DNA of 64,000 nucleotides from Candidatus Latescibacterota bacterium (GTDB lineage Bacteria; Latescibacterota; UBA2968), in contig OZ242010.1 of assembly GCA_965204745.1 (NCBI GenBank), positions 2,464,001 to 2,528,000 on the forward strand, read 5' to 3'. Position 1 is the stretch's first letter, and each line of letters starts with the position of its first letter. This document shows positions 48,061 through 61,251 of this stretch, in pieces. The notes beneath the pieces were generated by a model. The model saw only the letters and a list, made by a program, of their open reading frames with translations, was not told where the DNA came from and searched no databases. The position numbers and the translations under genes are program-made.

Positions 48061-51000
48061 TTGGCAGATCGAGGATTTATCAACCGGAAATCGTACGGAA
48101 CACTCACGTCTGCAATCGAAATGCCCAATCTGTTGGATATCCAACTGGATTCCTACGACTGGTTTTTGCAGAAGAATACACCGCCTGGCGCGCGCGAGAA
48201 ACAGGGCCTCCAGGCGGTCTTCCATAGTATCTTTCCGATTTCGGACGCGCACAATCTCTATTCGCTGGAGTTTGTCGATTATTCCGTTGGCACGCCCAAA
48301 TACGACGTGCAAGAATGTCTCGAACGCGGGACCACTTATGCCGTGCCCCTGCGTTCAACGCTGCGTTTGATTTCCCGGGAAAAGCAGGGAAATGGCGAGG
48401 TTCGCGTGAAAGACATCGTGGAGCAAGCCGTGTTCTTGGGCGAGTTGCCCCTCATGACCGCTGAAGGCACATTTGTCATCAATGGTTCAGAGCGCGTGAT
48501 CGTCAGCCAGTTGCACCGGTCGCCCGGGGTGTTTTTCGACGATACCATTCACCCCAATGGCAAGCGTTTGTTTTCCGCGCGCATCATCCCGGACAATGGG
48601 GCGTGGATCGAATTTAGCCTCGATATCAACGACATTATGTACGTGCATATCGACCGCAAGCGCAAATTGCCGGTGACGACCTTGTTGCGCGCACTGGGCT
48701 TTGACAAGTCCGAGGAAATTTTGGGGATTTTCCACGGCGATGTCGCGGTCAAAGTCAGCGAAGAACTCATCGGTCGCATCGCCACCGAAGATGTCATCGA
48801 CAAAAAAACCGGCGAGGTGATCGTCGAAGCCTATACCACGTTAGAGGAAGAACATCTCGTAGCCCTTCGGGAACGTCAAATCCGCAACATCGCCGCGATG
48901 GATATCGATCCGGAGAACGACGGCGGGATTATTGCCAATACTTTGGCAAAAGACCCGTGCGACAGCGAAGAGGAGGCACTCTCGCGGATTTACAGCTTGT
49001 TGCGGCCTGGGGACCCGCCCAATATCGAAACCGCGCGGGGGTTGCTCGAGCGGCACTTTTTCAGCCCTAGGCGGTATCAACTCGGCGCGGTCGGGCGCTA
49101 CCGCATCAATCAGCGTCTCGATATGATCGATCACATTCCCCTCGATTTTACCATGCTCTGCATCGATGACTTTATCAAGGTTATCGAATACCTGATCGAG
49201 TTGGCTATGGGAGAAGGATTTACCGACGATATCGATCACTTGGGCAATCGCAGGGTGCGCTCGGTGGGCGAGTTGCTCTCGAAGCAATTCAGCATTGGTT
49301 TGGCGCGCATGGCGCGCACGATTAGAGAGCGCATGAGTTTGCGCGATTCCGAGCAGTTGACCCCCCACGACTTGGTCAATGCGCGCACGGTTTCCACGGT
49401 GATTCAGGCGTTTTTTGGCAGCAGCCAGTTGTCGCAGTTTTTGCAGCAGATCAACCCCTTGGACGAACTGACGCACAAGCGCCGGTTGTCCGCGCTAGGG
49501 CCAGGGGGCTTGACGCGCGACCGCGCCGGGTTTGAGGTGCGCGATGTCCACCACACGCACTACGGGCGCATCTGCCCCATCGAAACGCCCGAGGGGCCGA
49601 ATATCGGCCTGATCGTGTCTGTGGCGACTTATGCCAAAGTCAATCCCTTTGGGTTTCTCGAAACGCCTTACCGGGTGGTCGAAAATGGCAAAGTAACCGA
49701 GGAAATTGCGTATTTGCCCGCCGATGAAGAAGACCGCCACACCATCGCGCAGGCCAATCTGATGCTCGAGGAGGATGGCGCGTTTGAAAACAATGTGGTA
49801 CAGGCGCGGCGACGGGGCGATTTTCCCGTGGTCGATCCCGAAGCACTCGACTACATGGACGTTTCGCCTTTCCAACTCGTCAGCGCGGCGGCCGGGCTGA
49901 TTCCGTTTCTCGAGCACGACGAGGCCAACCGCGCGTTGATGGGGTCGAATATGCAGCGGCAAGGCGTGCCCCTCCTCATCACGGACGCGCCGCGCGTGGG
50001 GACGGGCCTCGAGCGCAAGGTCGCCACGGATTCAAAGGCGGTGGTCGTTGCGAAAAACGCCGGCGCGGTGACGTATGTCAGCGCGAGCAAAATCGTCGTC
50101 AAGCGCAAAAAGAGCCGCAGCATTGAAATGCTTTCCCTGTCCGATGAGGACGTGTACGAACTGACCAAGTTCAAGCGGTCCAATCAGGATTTTTGCATTA
50201 ACCAGCACCCGGTCGTGCAGGTCGGCGACAAGGTCGAGGAAGGGCATTTGTTGGCCGATGGATGCGCCACGGACAAGGGCGATCTCGCACTCGGCGCGAA
50301 TGTGCTCGTGGCATTTATGTCGTGGCACGGGTACAATTTTGAGGATGCGATTATCGTTTCTGAACGCCTGATCAAGAAGGATATTTTCACGTCGGTGAGC
50401 ATCGAGGAATTCGAGCTTCAGGTGCGCGATACCAAGCGCGGCACCGAGGAAATCACGCGCGAGATTCCCAATGTGAGCGAGCAGGCGGTTCGCAATCTGG
50501 ACGAGCACGGCATTATTCGCATCGGCGCGGAAGTGAACCAGGGCGATATTCTCGTGGGCAAAGTGACCCCAAAGGGCGAGACCGAGTTGTCGCCCGAAGA
50601 GCGGTTGTTGCGCGCGATTTTCGGCGAGAAAGCCGGCGATGTGCGCGACGCCTCGCTCAAAGCCCCGCCGGGCATGGATGGCGTGGTGATGGATCGCAAG
50701 GTTTTTTCCCGCAAGGAGCGCGACGAAAAGACGAAAAAAGAAGACCGCGAAAGGACCCGAGCCGCGAGAAAGCACGCTGCGGAAAAGATCGCGTCCTTGA
50801 AGGAGAGGCGGGATCAGCGGGTTTTGGAGTTGCTCAAAAACCGCGCGGTCAATACGCTTCGCAGCATCGAAGACGATTCGGTGATCGTGCAGGGCGGAGG
50901 CGCGTTGACCGCAAAAACGCTGGAAAAATTCGACTTGCGCGACCTCCGCCCGGATGACAAGTGGTGCGACAGCCCCGCGACGAGCCAAAAGGTGGATCGC

Positions 51001-51837
51001 CTGATCGAAATGACCGATCACTTGGTGAATCAGGCCGAAGAGGAACTCGAGCGCGAACTCGAGAAAATCGCACGCGGAGACGAACTCCCGCCGGGCATCG
51101 TGCAATTGGTCAAGGTGTACGTGGCGCGCAAGCGAAAGCTGATGGTGGGGGATAAAATGGCCGGCAGGCACGGCAACAAGGGCGTGATTTCGATTATCGT
51201 TCCGGAAGAAGACATGCCCTATTTGCCGGACGGCACGCCCATCGATCTGATTTTGAACCCGCTCGGCGTGCCTTCGCGCATGAACCTCGGGCAAATTCTC
51301 GAAACGCATCTGGGCTGGGCGGCCCACGAGTTGGATCTCCATTTTGCGACCCCGGTGTTTGACGGCGCGAGCATGGAAGATATCCAAGAGAGGTTGCGAG
51401 AAGCCGGGTTGCCCGAAAATGGCAAAACGCGCCTCTACGATGGCAAAACCGGGCAGCCTTTTGACAAAGAAGTGATGGTGGGCATCATTTACATCTTGAA
51501 ACTGTCGCACCTGGTCAGCGACAAAATTCACGCGCGGTCCATCGGCCCCTACTCGCTGGTCACGCAACAGCCCTTGGGCGGCAAGGCGCAATTTGGCGGA
51601 CAACGCTTTGGGGAAATGGAAGTTTGGGCGCTCGAAGCTTATGGCGCGGCACACATGTTGCAAGAGATGTTCACGGTCAAATCCGACGATGTGGCGGGCA
51701 GGTCGAAAATTTACGAGACCATCGTGAAGGGGGAAAACCCACCCGAACCCGGCGTGCCAGAGTCGTTTAATGTGTTGGTCAAAGAGTTGCAAAGCCTGTG
51801 TTTGGACGTGGTGCTCGAAAACGCGCAGATCGACTGA
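48061..51837 (+). CDS. rpoB: RNA polymerase beta subunit
   Basis: [47 protein letters not shown]; TTG start. Confidence 0.99.
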   Translation: MADRGFINRKSYGTLTSAIEMPNLLDIQLDSYDWFLQKNTPPGAREKQGLQAVFHSIFPISDAHNLYSLEFVDYSVGTPKYDVQECLERGTTYAVPLRSTLRLISREKQGNGEVRVKDIVEQAVFLGELPLMTAEGTFVINGSERVIVSQLHRSPGVFFDDTIHPNGKRLFSARIIPDNGAWIEFSLDINDIMYVHIDRKRKLPVTTLLRALGFDKSEEILGIFHGDVAVKVSEELIGRIATEDVIDKKTGEVIVEAYTTLEEEHLVALRERQIRNIAAMDIDPENDGGIIANTLAKDPCDSEEEALSRIYSLLRPGDPPNIETARGLLERHFFSPRRYQLGAVGRYRINQRLDMIDHIPLDFTMLCIDDFIKVIEYLIELAMGEGFTDDIDHLGNRRVRSVGELLSKQFSIGLARMARTIRERMSLRDSEQLTPHDLVNARTVSTVIQAFFGSSQLSQFLQQINPLDELTHKRRLSALGPGGLTRDRAGFEVRDVHHTHYGRICPIETPEGPNIGLIVSVATYAKVNPFGFLETPYRVVENGKVTEEIAYLPADEEDRHTIAQANLMLEEDGAFENNVVQARRRGDFPVVDPEALDYMDVSPFQLVSAAAGLIPFLEHDEANRALMGSNMQRQGVPLLITDAPRVGTGLERKVATDSKAVVVAKNAGAVTYVSASKIVVKRKKSRSIEMLSLSDEDVYELTKFKRSNQDFCINQHPVVQVGDKVEEGHLLADGCATDKGDLALGANVLVAFMSWHGYNFEDAIIVSERLIKKDIFTSVSIEEFELQVRDTKRGTEEITREIPNVSEQAVRNLDEHGIIRIGAEVNQGDILVGKVTPKGETELSPEERLLRAIFGEKAGDVRDASLKAPPGMDGVVMDRKVFSRKERDEKTKKEDRERTRAARKHAAEKIASLKERRDQRVLELLKNRAVNTLRSIEDDSVIVQGGGALTAKTLEKFDLRDLRPDDKWCDSPATSQKVDRLIEMTDHLVNQAEEELERELEKIARGDELPPGIVQLVKVYVARKRKLMVGDKMAGRHGNKGVISIIVPEEDMPYLPDGTPIDLILNPLGVPSRMNLGQILETHLGWAAHELDLHFATPVFDGASMEDIQERLREAGLPENGKTRLYDGKTGQPFDKEVMVGIIYILKLSHLVSDKIHARSIGPYSLVTQQPLGGKAQFGGQRFGEMEVWALEAYGAAHMLQEMFTVKSDDVAGRSKIYETIVKGENPPEPGVPESFNVLVKELQSLCLDVVLENAQID

Positions 51838-51867
51838 CGACCTTAAGATTTGAAAAGGGGGTTCTCC

Positions 51868-54800
51868 GTGGCCAATACCCATTTTGTCAATCGAACCTTT
51901 GATTTTAATTCCATCCGCATTCAACTGGCTTCGCCAGATACCATTCGCGGGTGGTCGCAGGGCGAAGTGACCAAGCCCGAAACCATCAATTACCGGTCTT
52001 TTAAGCCCGAGCGAGACGGGTTGTTTTGCGAGTGCATTTTCGGGCCTGTGAAGGATTGGGAATGCCATTGCGGCAAGTACAAGCGCATTCGGTACCGAGG
52101 CGTGGTTTGCGACCGGTGCGGGGTTGAAGTGACGCAGTCGAAGGTCAGACGCGAGCGGTTGGGGCACATCGAACTGGCGGTTCCGGTGACGCACATCTGG
52201 TTTTTTAAGTCGCTGCCGTCCCGCATGGGCTATTTGCTCAATCTGTCGGTTCGCAACCTCGAGCGGATCATCTACTACGAATCGTATGTGGTGCTCGATC
52301 CTGGGGACGCGCCCATCGAGTTCAAGGACTTGCTCACGGAAGACGAGGTGCTTGAACTCGAAGAACAGGGGCATTCGTTTGAGGTGGAGATGGGGGCCGG
52401 CGCGATCAAAAAGTTGCTGGAGGATATCGATGTCGAGGACCTGTCTGCGGAGTTGCGGACGCAAGCGCGGTTCGAGACATCGGTGCAGCGCAAGCAAGAG
52501 GCACTCAAACGCCTCAAGGTCGTGGAGGCGTTTCGCCAATCGGACAACCAGCCCGAGTGGATGATCCTCGACGTCATCCCGGTCATCCCGCCGGACTTGC
52601 GCCCGCTCGTGCCCTTAGAGGGCGGCAGGTTTGCCACGTCTGATCTCAACGACCTGTATCGCCGGGTGATCAACAGAAATAACCGCCTGAAAAAGCTGAT
52701 CGACATCAAGGCGCCCGAAGTCATTTTACGCAATGAAAAGCGCATGCTTCAAGAGGCCGTGGACGCCCTGTTTGACAATGGGCGGCGGTCGCGTGCGGTT
52801 CGCGGCGATGGCAACCGGTCCCTCAAATCGCTTTCGGATCTGCTCAAGGGCAAGCAGGGGCGGTTCCGCCAGAATCTCTTGGGCAAGCGGGTGGATTATT
52901 CCGGGCGGTCCGTGATCGTGGTCGATCCCCATTTGAGATTGTACCAATGCGGCTTGCCCAAGCACATGGCCTTGGAATTGTTCAAGCCCTTCATCATCCG
53001 GCGGCTGGAGGAAAAGGGGCTCGTGCAAACGGTGAAGAGTGCGAAAAAGCTGGTGGAACGCGAGCGCGTCGAGGTGTGGGATATTCTGGAAGAGATCATT
53101 CAGGATCACTGCGTTTTGCTCAATCGCGCGCCCACCTTGCACCGCTTGGGCATTCAGGCGTTTTTGCCGGTGCTCGTGGAGGGCAAGGCCATTCGCATTC
53201 ATCCGCTGGTCTGCGCGGCGTTCAATGCGGATTTTGACGGCGACCAGATGGCCGTGCATTTGCCCCTGTCGTTCGAGGCGCAAATTGAGGCGCGGGTGTT
53301 GATGCTGTCGTCGAATAATTTGCTCAAGCCCGCGGACGGGTCGCCCGTGGTGGTCGATAGCCCCAAGGAAATTGCGATGGGGCTGTACTATTTGACGAAA
53401 ATGATCCACGGCGATCAAAAGAATCTCAAGACCTTCAGCAGCGCGGAAGAAGCGCGCATGGCGCATGAATACAAGCGCGTTAGGTTGCACGAAGCCATGC
53501 GCGTTCGCATCGGCGACGAACTTTTGACCACCACTGTCGGGCGCGTGATTTTCAATGGGATTACGCCCGATTCCATGCCCTTTATCAATGAATTGATCGA
53601 CGATAAGGGGATTCGCAAGATCGCGGCTGAAGTCCATAGCCAATATGGCAACCGCACTACGACTAATTTTCTCGACGACGTGAAGCAGTTGGGCTACGAT
53701 TATGCCACCTGGTCGGGCATTTCAATTGCGGTGAGCGACGTGGCCGTGCCCGGGGAAAAGGACGAACTGATCACCAGCGCGATGGACGAGGTCGAAAAAA
53801 TCCTCCAGCAACACGCGATTGGCGCGATTACCGAGGGCGAGCGCTACAACAAAGTGATCGACGTGTGGCAGCATACGACCAATCGCATTGCCCAGGCGAT
53901 GATCGGTACCTTTGAGCAGGCCGAAGATGGCTTTAACTCGATCTGGATCATGAAGGATTCCGGAGCGCGGGGGAACGACGATCAGATCAAACAACTCGGG
54001 GGCATGCGCGGTCTGATGAACAAACCCCAAAAGAAATTGACCGGGGCCATTGGCGAGATCATCGAAACGCCGATCATTTCCTCGCTCAAAGAGGGGTTGT
54101 CCGTGCTCGAGTACTTCATTTCTACGCACGGCAGCCGCAAGGGGTTGGCCGATACGGCATTGAAGACCGCCGAGGCGGGTTATTTGACGCGCCGCATGGT
54201 GGATGTGTCGCAAGATGTGATCATTTCCGAGAAGGATTGCGGGACGATCTTGGGCATCGATATGGAGGCCCTGAAAGAAGGCGAAGAAGTGGTCGAGCCG
54301 CTGTCTGACCGCATCGTGGGCCGCACGGTGCTCGAGGATGTCGATGATCCCATTACGGGAGAACAGATCGTCGAAGCCGGCGTTTTGTTGGATGAAAAAT
54401 TGGCCGACAAAATTGCCGATGCGGGGATTGAAAACGTGCCCGTGCGTTCCGTGTTGACGTGCGAATCCCGCAAGGGGGTGTGCATCGCTTGTTATGGGCG
54501 CAATCCCGCGACCGGGCAACCCGTGGATATCGGCGAGGCCGTGGGGGTTATTGCCGCGCAGAGCGTTGGCGAACCCGGCACGCAACTCACCTTGCGTACG
54601 TTCCACATCGGGGGCACGTCCAGCCGCATTGCGGAGCAAGCCGTGATCGGCGCGAAGCGCGCGGGCAAGGTCTTCTTCAAGCATCTCGAATTTGTCCCGC
54701 GCACAGAGGATTCGTGGGTCGTGGTGGGGCGCAATGGCGAACTCGAAGTGCAGGACGATCAGGGCCGGGTGCGGGGCGGGCACTACCACGTGCCACACGG

Positions 54801-55956
54801 CGCGGTGTTGCGCGTGCAAGCAGGGCAAGATGTGGAAGAGGATCAGGCACTCTACGAATGGGACCCGTACAACAACGTGATCATCTCGCCCAACGCGGGC
54901 ACAGTTCGGTTTGTCGATCTCGTGGAAGGCGTGACGTACCGCGAAGAGATCGACGAGAACACCAGCATTGCCGGGCTAGTCGTGATCGAGCACCGCGACC
55001 GCACCTTGTCGCCGCACATCCTGGTCGTGGACGACGATGGCAAAGAGTTGGGCAATTACATCATTCCGTTGGGCGCACGCTTGGTGGTGCGCGATGGAGA
55101 TCGCGTGGCCGCGGGCGACACGCTAGCGAAAATTTCGCGGGAGCGCAGCAAAACGCGGGATATTACGGGTGGTTTGCCGCGCGTGGCCGAGCTCTTTGAA
55201 GCACGGCGTCCCAAAGAGGCTTCTGTGGTGACGGAGATCGACGGCGTGGTGAGCTTCGGCGGGTTGGTGCGGGGATCGCGCACGGTTTTAGTCACGGCGG
55301 ATGAGGGCGATGAGAGGAAGTACACGATTCCCTACGGACGACATTTGCGCGTGCAAGCAGGGGATCGCGTGGTCGCAGGGGATCGCCTGTCCGAGGGGTC
55401 GATCAACCCACACGATATTCTGGCGATCTTGGGGGATCGGAGGGTGCAGGAATACCTCGTGGATGAAATTCAGCAGGTGTATCGCCTCCAGGGCGTGAAA
55501 ATCAACGACAAGCACATTGAAACCATCGTCCGCCAGATGTTGCAAAAAGTGCAGGTGACGGACCCTGGGGATACCAATTTCCTCGAAGACGAGCTCGCGG
55601 ATCGGTTCCGCTTCTTGGATGAAAACGACAAGGTGATTGCCGAAGGCGGGGATCCCGCAACGCACAATCCGGTCTTGTTGGGGATTACGCGCGCCGCGCT
55701 TTTGACCGAGAGTTTTATTTCTGCGGCGTCTTTCCAAGAAACCACGCGCGTGCTGACCGAAGCCTCGGTACAGGGCAAGGTCGATACGCTGTTGGGGTTG
55801 AAGGAAAACGTGATCATCGGGCATCTCATTCCCGCGGGTACGGGCGCTGTGAAATACCGCGGAGTGGATCCAGAGATCGTGGAAGACTCGCAGGTTTTTG
55901 AAACGCTCGCAGAGAAGCGCACGGAGAGCATTGGTTTGCCGCCAATTAATGCTTGA
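51868..55956 (+). CDS. rpoC: RNA polymerase beta' subunit
   Basis: Zn finger, [28 protein letters not shown]; GTG start. Confidence 0.99.
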   Translation: MANTHFVNRTFDFNSIRIQLASPDTIRGWSQGEVTKPETINYRSFKPERDGLFCECIFGPVKDWECHCGKYKRIRYRGVVCDRCGVEVTQSKVRRERLGHIELAVPVTHIWFFKSLPSRMGYLLNLSVRNLERIIYYESYVVLDPGDAPIEFKDLLTEDEVLELEEQGHSFEVEMGAGAIKKLLEDIDVEDLSAELRTQARFETSVQRKQEALKRLKVVEAFRQSDNQPEWMILDVIPVIPPDLRPLVPLEGGRFATSDLNDLYRRVINRNNRLKKLIDIKAPEVILRNEKRMLQEAVDALFDNGRRSRAVRGDGNRSLKSLSDLLKGKQGRFRQNLLGKRVDYSGRSVIVVDPHLRLYQCGLPKHMALELFKPFIIRRLEEKGLVQTVKSAKKLVERERVEVWDILEEIIQDHCVLLNRAPTLHRLGIQAFLPVLVEGKAIRIHPLVCAAFNADFDGDQMAVHLPLSFEAQIEARVLMLSSNNLLKPADGSPVVVDSPKEIAMGLYYLTKMIHGDQKNLKTFSSAEEARMAHEYKRVRLHEAMRVRIGDELLTTTVGRVIFNGITPDSMPFINELIDDKGIRKIAAEVHSQYGNRTTTNFLDDVKQLGYDYATWSGISIAVSDVAVPGEKDELITSAMDEVEKILQQHAIGAITEGERYNKVIDVWQHTTNRIAQAMIGTFEQAEDGFNSIWIMKDSGARGNDDQIKQLGGMRGLMNKPQKKLTGAIGEIIETPIISSLKEGLSVLEYFISTHGSRKGLADTALKTAEAGYLTRRMVDVSQDVIISEKDCGTILGIDMEALKEGEEVVEPLSDRIVGRTVLEDVDDPITGEQIVEAGVLLDEKLADKIADAGIENVPVRSVLTCESRKGVCIACYGRNPATGQPVDIGEAVGVIAAQSVGEPGTQLTLRTFHIGGTSSRIAEQAVIGAKRAGKVFFKHLEFVPRTEDSWVVVGRNGELEVQDDQGRVRGGHYHVPHGAVLRVQAGQDVEEDQALYEWDPYNNVIISPNAGTVRFVDLVEGVTYREEIDENTSIAGLVVIEHRDRTLSPHILVVDDDGKELGNYIIPLGARLVVRDGDRVAAGDTLAKISRERSKTRDITGGLPRVAELFEARRPKEASVVTEIDGVVSFGGLVRGSRTVLVTADEGDERKYTIPYGRHLRVQAGDRVVAGDRLSEGSINPHDILAILGDRRVQEYLVDEIQQVYRLQGVKINDKHIETIVRQMLQKVQVTDPGDTNFLEDELADRFRFLDENDKVIAEGGDPATHNPVLLGITRAALLTESFISAASFQETTRVLTEASVQGKVDTLLGLKENVIIGHLIPAGTGAVKYRGVDPEIVEDSQVFETLAEKRTESIGLPPINA

Positions 55957-55981
55957 CAATTACCAACGCGCTTGATATATT
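55953..55981 (+). promoter_or_regulatory. str operon promoter overlapping the rpoC stop
   Basis: TTGACA-17 bp-TATATT. Confidence 0.7.
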
Positions 55982-56018
55982 GCCAGTCTCCCATACGCAA
56001 ACGTTCATGGAGGTTGCG

Positions 56019-56390
56019 TTGCCCACAATTAATCAATTGGTTCGGAAGGGCCGAAAAGCCAAGCGCAAACGTTCTTCTGCACCCGCCCTGAGAGGGTGTC
56101 CTCAAAAGCGCGGTGTTTGCACTCGCGTTTATACCACCACGCCCAAAAAACCCAATTCAGCCCTGCGTAAAGTCGCGCGCGTCAGGTTGACCAATGGCCT
56201 TGAAGTCACGGCCTATATTCCGGGCGAAGGGCACAATCTCATGGAGCACTCTGTGGTACTCATCCGAGGGGGGCGCGTCAAAGATTTGCCCTCGGTGCGT
56301 TATCACATTCTTCGGGGCGTGCTCGACACCACGGGCGTGAATGACCGCAAACAGGGCCGTTCCAAATACGGCACCAAAAGGGCGGGTTAA
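56019..56390 (+). CDS. rpsL: 30S ribosomal protein S12
   Basis: [21 protein letters not shown]; TTG start after GGAGG. Confidence 0.98.
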   Translation: MPTINQLVRKGRKAKRKRSSAPALRGCPQKRGVCTRVYTTTPKKPNSALRKVARVRLTNGLEVTAYIPGEGHNLMEHSVVLIRGGRVKDLPSVRYHILRGVLDTTGVNDRKQGRSKYGTKRAG

Positions 56391-56472
56391 TCGCGTATCT
56401 ATTATTGAAAAACATGGGGGATACCACTGCGGTGGCATATCCCCCTTAGTGTAAAAAAAGGTCGTTCCCAAG

Positions 56473-56940
56473 ATGCGAAAACGACGAGCGGAAAAACGGC
56501 ATTTGGCCCCAGACCCCAAGTACAGAAATTTGTTGGTGACGCGCTTTGTCAACTGCTTGTTTCGCAAGGGCAAAAAGAGCGTGGGCGAGCGGATTTTCTA
56601 CGATGCCCTCGATCTGATCGAGGCGCGCGGCAACAATTCCGGTTTAGAGGTTTTTGAAAAAGCACTCGACAATGTCAAGCCGGTCATCAAGGTGCGGTCG
56701 CGCCGGGTCGGTGGCGCGACGTATCAAGTGCCCGAAGAAGTCCGACCCGACGAGCGGCTCGCGCTGTCCATTCGCTGGTTGATTCTGTTTGCCAAAGAAC
56801 GCGGCGAAAAGACGATGGCGCAGCGGTTGGCCGGCGAATTTATGGACGCGGCAAACGGGCAAGGACGCGCGATGCAGCGGCGCGAGGAAACGCACCGCAT
56901 GGCAGAGGCCAATCGCGCATTTGCACATTATCGCTGGTAA
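56473..56940 (+). CDS. rpsG: 30S ribosomal protein S7
   Basis: [27 protein letters not shown]. Confidence 0.98.
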   Translation: MRKRRAEKRHLAPDPKYRNLLVTRFVNCLFRKGKKSVGERIFYDALDLIEARGNNSGLEVFEKALDNVKPVIKVRSRRVGGATYQVPEEVRPDERLALSIRWLILFAKERGEKTMAQRLAGEFMDAANGQGRAMQRREETHRMAEANRAFAHYRW

Positions 56941-56950
56941 AGAGAACGAG

Positions 56951-59044
56951 ATGGCGAAACGATACGACTTGAAACGCACCCGAAACATCGGGATTATGGC
57001 GCATATCGACGCGGGCAAAACGACCACGACCGAGCGCATGCTCTACTACACGGGCATTTTGCACAGAATGGGCGAGGTTCACGATGGCGCGGCCACGATG
57101 GATTGGATGGCGCAAGAGCGCGAGCGCGGCATTACCATTACGTCTGCGGCGACGACGTGTTTTTGGGATGACCACCGCATCAATATCATCGACACGCCAG
57201 GGCACGTGGATTTTACCGCCGAGGTCGAGCGGTCATTGCGGGTTTTGGATGGCGCCGTGGGCTTGTTTTGCGCGGTCGGGGGCGTCGAGCCCCAGTCCGA
57301 AACGGTTTGGCGTCAGGCCGATAAATACGCCGTGCCGCGGATCGCATTTGTCAACAAGATGGATCGCACGGGTGCCGATTTTGATCGCGTGGTCAACATG
57401 ATGCGCGAGAGGTTGGCGTCCAACTTCGTTCCGGTTCAGTTGCCGGTCGGGTCTGGCGAGATGTTCACGGGGCTGATCGATTTGATCAAGATGAAATTCG
57501 TGACCTACGAAGACGATTCTCTGGGCACCATGTTCGCGGAAGGCAGTATTCCCAAGGATCTGGAAGAACGCGCTTACGAAGGCCGCGAGCAGTTGTTGGA
57601 GGCGGTTTCCGATTTTGACGATACGTTGATGGAAAAATTTCTCGAAGGCGAAGCGATCAGCGAACGCGAGATCAAAGCGGCATTGCGCCAAGCCGTGATC
57701 AACAGTGTTGCGGTGCCTGTGCTTTGCGGGTCCGCGTTCAAAAACAAGGGCGTGCAACGGTTGTTAGACGCCATTGTCTCATTTTTGCCCTCGCCGCTCG
57801 ACGTGCCCGAAATCGTGGGCTACGATCCCAAAAATGTCGATGTTCGCATCGGCCGCCCGGTTTCCGATGAGGTGCCTTTTTCAGCATTGGCGTTTAAGGT
57901 GATGACGGATCCTTATGTCGGGCGCTTGACGTATTTCCGCGTGTATTCCGGGCGATTAACCACGGGTTCTTACGTGCTCAATGCCAACAAGGGCAAGCGC
58001 GAACGCATTGGCCGCGTGTTGCAGATGCACGCGAATAAGCGGGAACAGATCGATGCGGTGGTCGCAGGCGATATCGCCGCGGTTGTCGGGCTGAAAGACA
58101 CGGCGACGGGCGAGACCCTGTGCGATGAAAAAGATCCGGTGATATTGGAGTCGATGGAATTTGCCAAGCCGGTGATTTCCGTGGCGATTGAACCCAAGAC
58201 CAAGGTCGATCAGGATCAACTCGGCGTGGCACTAGGCAAGTTGGCCGAGGAAGACCCGACGTTTCACATGGCCGTCGATCCAGATACCGGGCAGACCATT
58301 ATCTCGGGAATGGGCGAATTGCACTTGGAGATCATCGTGGATCGCCTCAAACGCGAATTTCGGGTCGAGGCCAATGTGGGCAGGCCGCAGGTGACGTACA
58401 AAGAGGCCATCCGCAACGCGGTGCAAAGCGTCCACGGGCGTTTTGTGCGGCAAAGCGGAGGGCGCGGTCAATACGGGCATGTGGTCATCAACGTGGAACC
58501 CGGCGCGCCTGGATCGGGACTGGTTTTCGAGAACAAAATTACCGGCGGCGCGATTCCCACCGAATATATTCCCGCGGTGCGGGCGGGCATTCAGGAGGCC
58601 ATGAGCGGTGGGATTTTGGCCGGGTATCCCATAGACGACGTCAAAGTCGCGTTGTTCGACGGGTCTTATCACGAGGTCGATTCTTCTGAAATCGCTTTCA
58701 AAATTGCGGGGTCTATGGCTTTTCAAGAGGCTGTCAGACGGGCGAAAGCGTACTTGATGGAACCGATTTTTGACGTGGAGGTCGTCGTGCCCGAAGACTA
58801 TATGGGCGATGTCATCGGCGATCTGAATGCGCGTCGCGGCAATATCGTGGGCATGGTCAACCGCCCGGACGCACAGGTCATTACGGCGACTGTGCCGCTG
58901 AGTGAAATGTTTGGTTATGCCACCAAGTTGCGGTCGCTCACGCAGGGCCGCGCGATTTATTCGATGGAATTTTCCAAATTTGAGGAAATGCCAAAGCACA
59001 TCGCCGAAGAAATTTTGTCTTCGGTCAATGTATTTGCAGCTTAA
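56951..59044 (+). CDS. fusA: Elongation factor G
   Basis: [28 protein letters not shown]. Confidence 0.99.
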   Translation: MAKRYDLKRTRNIGIMAHIDAGKTTTTERMLYYTGILHRMGEVHDGAATMDWMAQERERGITITSAATTCFWDDHRINIIDTPGHVDFTAEVERSLRVLDGAVGLFCAVGGVEPQSETVWRQADKYAVPRIAFVNKMDRTGADFDRVVNMMRERLASNFVPVQLPVGSGEMFTGLIDLIKMKFVTYEDDSLGTMFAEGSIPKDLEERAYEGREQLLEAVSDFDDTLMEKFLEGEAISEREIKAALRQAVINSVAVPVLCGSAFKNKGVQRLLDAIVSFLPSPLDVPEIVGYDPKNVDVRIGRPVSDEVPFSALAFKVMTDPYVGRLTYFRVYSGRLTTGSYVLNANKGKRERIGRVLQMHANKREQIDAVVAGDIAAVVGLKDTATGETLCDEKDPVILESMEFAKPVISVAIEPKTKVDQDQLGVALGKLAEEDPTFHMAVDPDTGQTIISGMGELHLEIIVDRLKREFRVEANVGRPQVTYKEAIRNAVQSVHGRFVRQSGGRGQYGHVVINVEPGAPGSGLVFENKITGGAIPTEYIPAVRAGIQEAMSGGILAGYPIDDVKVALFDGSYHEVDSSEIAFKIAGSMAFQEAVRRAKAYLMEPIFDVEVVVPEDYMGDVIGDLNARRGNIVGMVNRPDAQVITATVPLSEMFGYATKLRSLTQGRAIYSMEFSKFEEMPKHIAEEILSSVNVFAA

Positions 59045-59086
59045 AGCGAACGCTTCATTCCGTTCGGTCTTTCTTAGGAGGAGAAC

Positions 59087-60280
59087 ATGGCGAAGGAGAA
59101 GTTTGAACGGGACAAACCCCACATCAATATCGGCACCATCGGGCATGTGGATCACGGCAAAACCACGCTGACTGCGGCCATTACCAAAACGCTGGCAGCC
59201 AAGGGCCTCGCCGATTACATGCCCTTTGACGACATTGACAAAGCGCCCGAGGAAAAAGAGCGCGGGATCACCATCAACACGGCGCATGTGGAGTACCAGA
59301 CGGACAATCGCCACTACGCCCATGTGGATTGTCCCGGGCACGCGGACTATGTGAAAAACATGATCACGGGGGCAGCGCAGATGGATGGCGCGATTCTCGT
59401 CGTGAGTGCCGCAGACGGCCCCATGATCCAGACCCGCGAGCACATCCTGCTTTCGCGTCAGGTCAATGTGCCTTCTATCGTGGTGTTTATGAACAAGGTC
59501 GATATGGTCGATGACGAGGAATTGCTCGAACTGGTCGATCTGGAAGTCCGCGAGTTGTTGGATCAATACGATTTCCCCGGCGATGATGTGCCCGTGATTC
59601 AGGGGTCAGCCCTCAAGGCGTTGGAATCCGCCGATCCGGATTCTGCAGATTGCGCCTGTATTTGGGAGTTGCTAGAGGCGGTGGATGAGAATATCCCGGA
59701 GCCCGTCCGCGAGATCGATAAAGATTTTTTGATGCCGGTTGAGGATGTCTTCACGATCACCGGGCGCGGCACAGTGGGCACGGGGCGCATTGAACGCGGC
59801 CTGATCAAGGTCGGCGAGGAAGTCGAAATCGTGGGCATCCGCGAGAGCCGCAAGACCACGGTGACCGGCGTGGAAATGTTCCGCAAGTTGCTCGACGAGG
59901 GCCAGGCTGGCGACAATGTCGGGTTGTTGTTGCGCGGCGTGGATAAAAACGAAATCGAGCGCGGCATGGTGATTGCCAAGCCGGGGTCTGTGACGCCCCA
60001 CAAGAAATTTGTCGGCGAAGTTTATGTGTTGACAGAGAAAGAGGGCGGGCGCAGCAAACCCTTCTTTACCGGCTATCAACCGCAGTTCTATTTTCGCACC
60101 ACCGATGTGACTGGCAAAGTGCAGTTGCCCGAAGGCGTGGAAATGGTGATGCCCGGCGACAATGTGACCATGAATGTGGAGTTGCTGACGCCCATTGCAA
60201 TGGAAACCGAGTTGCGATTTGCCGTGCGGGAAGGCGGCCGCACCATTGGCTCGGGCGTGATTACTGAAATCGTTGAGTGA
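59087..60280 (+). CDS. tuf: Elongation factor Tu
   Basis: [28 protein letters not shown]. Confidence 0.99.
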   Translation: MAKEKFERDKPHINIGTIGHVDHGKTTLTAAITKTLAAKGLADYMPFDDIDKAPEEKERGITINTAHVEYQTDNRHYAHVDCPGHADYVKNMITGAAQMDGAILVVSAADGPMIQTREHILLSRQVNVPSIVVFMNKVDMVDDEELLELVDLEVRELLDQYDFPGDDVPVIQGSALKALESADPDSADCACIWELLEAVDENIPEPVREIDKDFLMPVEDVFTITGRGTVGTGRIERGLIKVGEEVEIVGIRESRKTTVTGVEMFRKLLDEGQAGDNVGLLLRGVDKNEIERGMVIAKPGSVTPHKKFVGEVYVLTEKEGGRSKPFFTGYQPQFYFRTTDVTGKVQLPEGVEMVMPGDNVTMNVELLTPIAMETELRFAVREGGRTIGSGVITEIVE

Positions 60281-60300
60281 GAACCGCGAAGGGATGTCTC

Positions 60301-60609
60301 GTGCCTGCACAGAAAATCAGAATTAGGCTGAAAGCATACGATCACCACGCATTGGATCGCTCTGCTGAGGAAATCGTTCGCACGGCAAAACGGACTGGGG
60401 CGCTGATTTCCGGCCCCATTCCATTGCCGACGAGGCGCTCGCTCTACACGGTGTTGCGCTCGCCGCATATCGATAAAAAGTCGCGAGAGCAGTTTGAGAT
60501 GCGCGTCCACAAACGCCTGATCGACATTCACAACTCAACGCCCCAAACGGTGGATGCCCTGATGAAGTTGGATCTGCCCGCGGGTATCGACATTGAAATT
60601 AAGGTGTAA
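60301..60609 (+). CDS. rpsJ: 30S ribosomal protein S10
   Basis: [24 protein letters not shown]. Confidence 0.98.
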   Translation: MPAQKIRIRLKAYDHHALDRSAEEIVRTAKRTGALISGPIPLPTRRSLYTVLRSPHIDKKSREQFEMRVHKRLIDIHNSTPQTVDALMKLDLPAGIDIEIKV

Positions 60610-60611
60610 TC

Positions 60612-61235
60612 GTGCTCGGATTGATCGGAAAAAAAATCGGTATGACGCAGGCATTTGACGAAGCGGAATTGCTGACGCCCGTCACGGTGCTCGAAGTGGT
60701 TCCGTGTCCCATCGCGCAGGTCAAAGACCGGGACTCGGATGGCTATACGGCATTGCGGGTCGCGTACCACAAGACGCGGGCGAATCGGCTCAACCGCGCA
60801 GAGCAAGGCGTTTTCAAAAAGGCCGGCATCGCCCCGCATCGGGGCCTTGCGGAATTTCGCGTGGATGATGTTTCCGAATACGCGACGGGCGAGGTGCTCG
60901 ACGTGGGCATGTTTGCCGTGGGCGAGATCGTGGATGTGACGGGCCGGTCCAAAGGACGCGGGTTCCAAGGCGGTGTCAAACGGCATGGATTCAGGGGTGG
61001 TCCCAAAACGCACGGGCAATCGGACCGGCATCGCGCGCCCGGGTCCATAGGCCAAAGTTCCACGCCTTCGCGCGTGTTTAAGGGCATGCGGATGGCCGGG
61101 CACATGGGGGATCGGCGGGTCACGGTGCGCGGGTTGCAGGTGGTGCGCGTGGATACCACGCAAAATTTGCTGGTCGTAAAAGGCGCTGTGCCGGGCAGCA
61201 AGGGGGCGCTCGTGGTTATTGAGAAGCGCGATTGA
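60612..61235 (+). CDS. rplC: 50S ribosomal protein L3
   Basis: GKKIGMTQ, SKGRGFQG, RAPGSIG. Confidence 0.98.
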   Translation: MLGLIGKKIGMTQAFDEAELLTPVTVLEVVPCPIAQVKDRDSDGYTALRVAYHKTRANRLNRAEQGVFKKAGIAPHRGLAEFRVDDVSEYATGEVLDVGMFAVGEIVDVTGRSKGRGFQGGVKRHGFRGGPKTHGQSDRHRAPGSIGQSSTPSRVFKGMRMAGHMGDRRVTVRGLQVVRVDTTQNLLVVKGAVPGSKGALVVIEKRD

Positions 61236-61251
61236 TTGAAGGAACGCGATT

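Noticed and set aside
50032-52539. 835-aa antisense ORF (and similar ones at 30823-32220, 58232-59566, 53722-54828, 43489-44472)
   Set aside because: Codon-bias shadows of GC-rich real genes on the opposite strand, with no recognisable motifs
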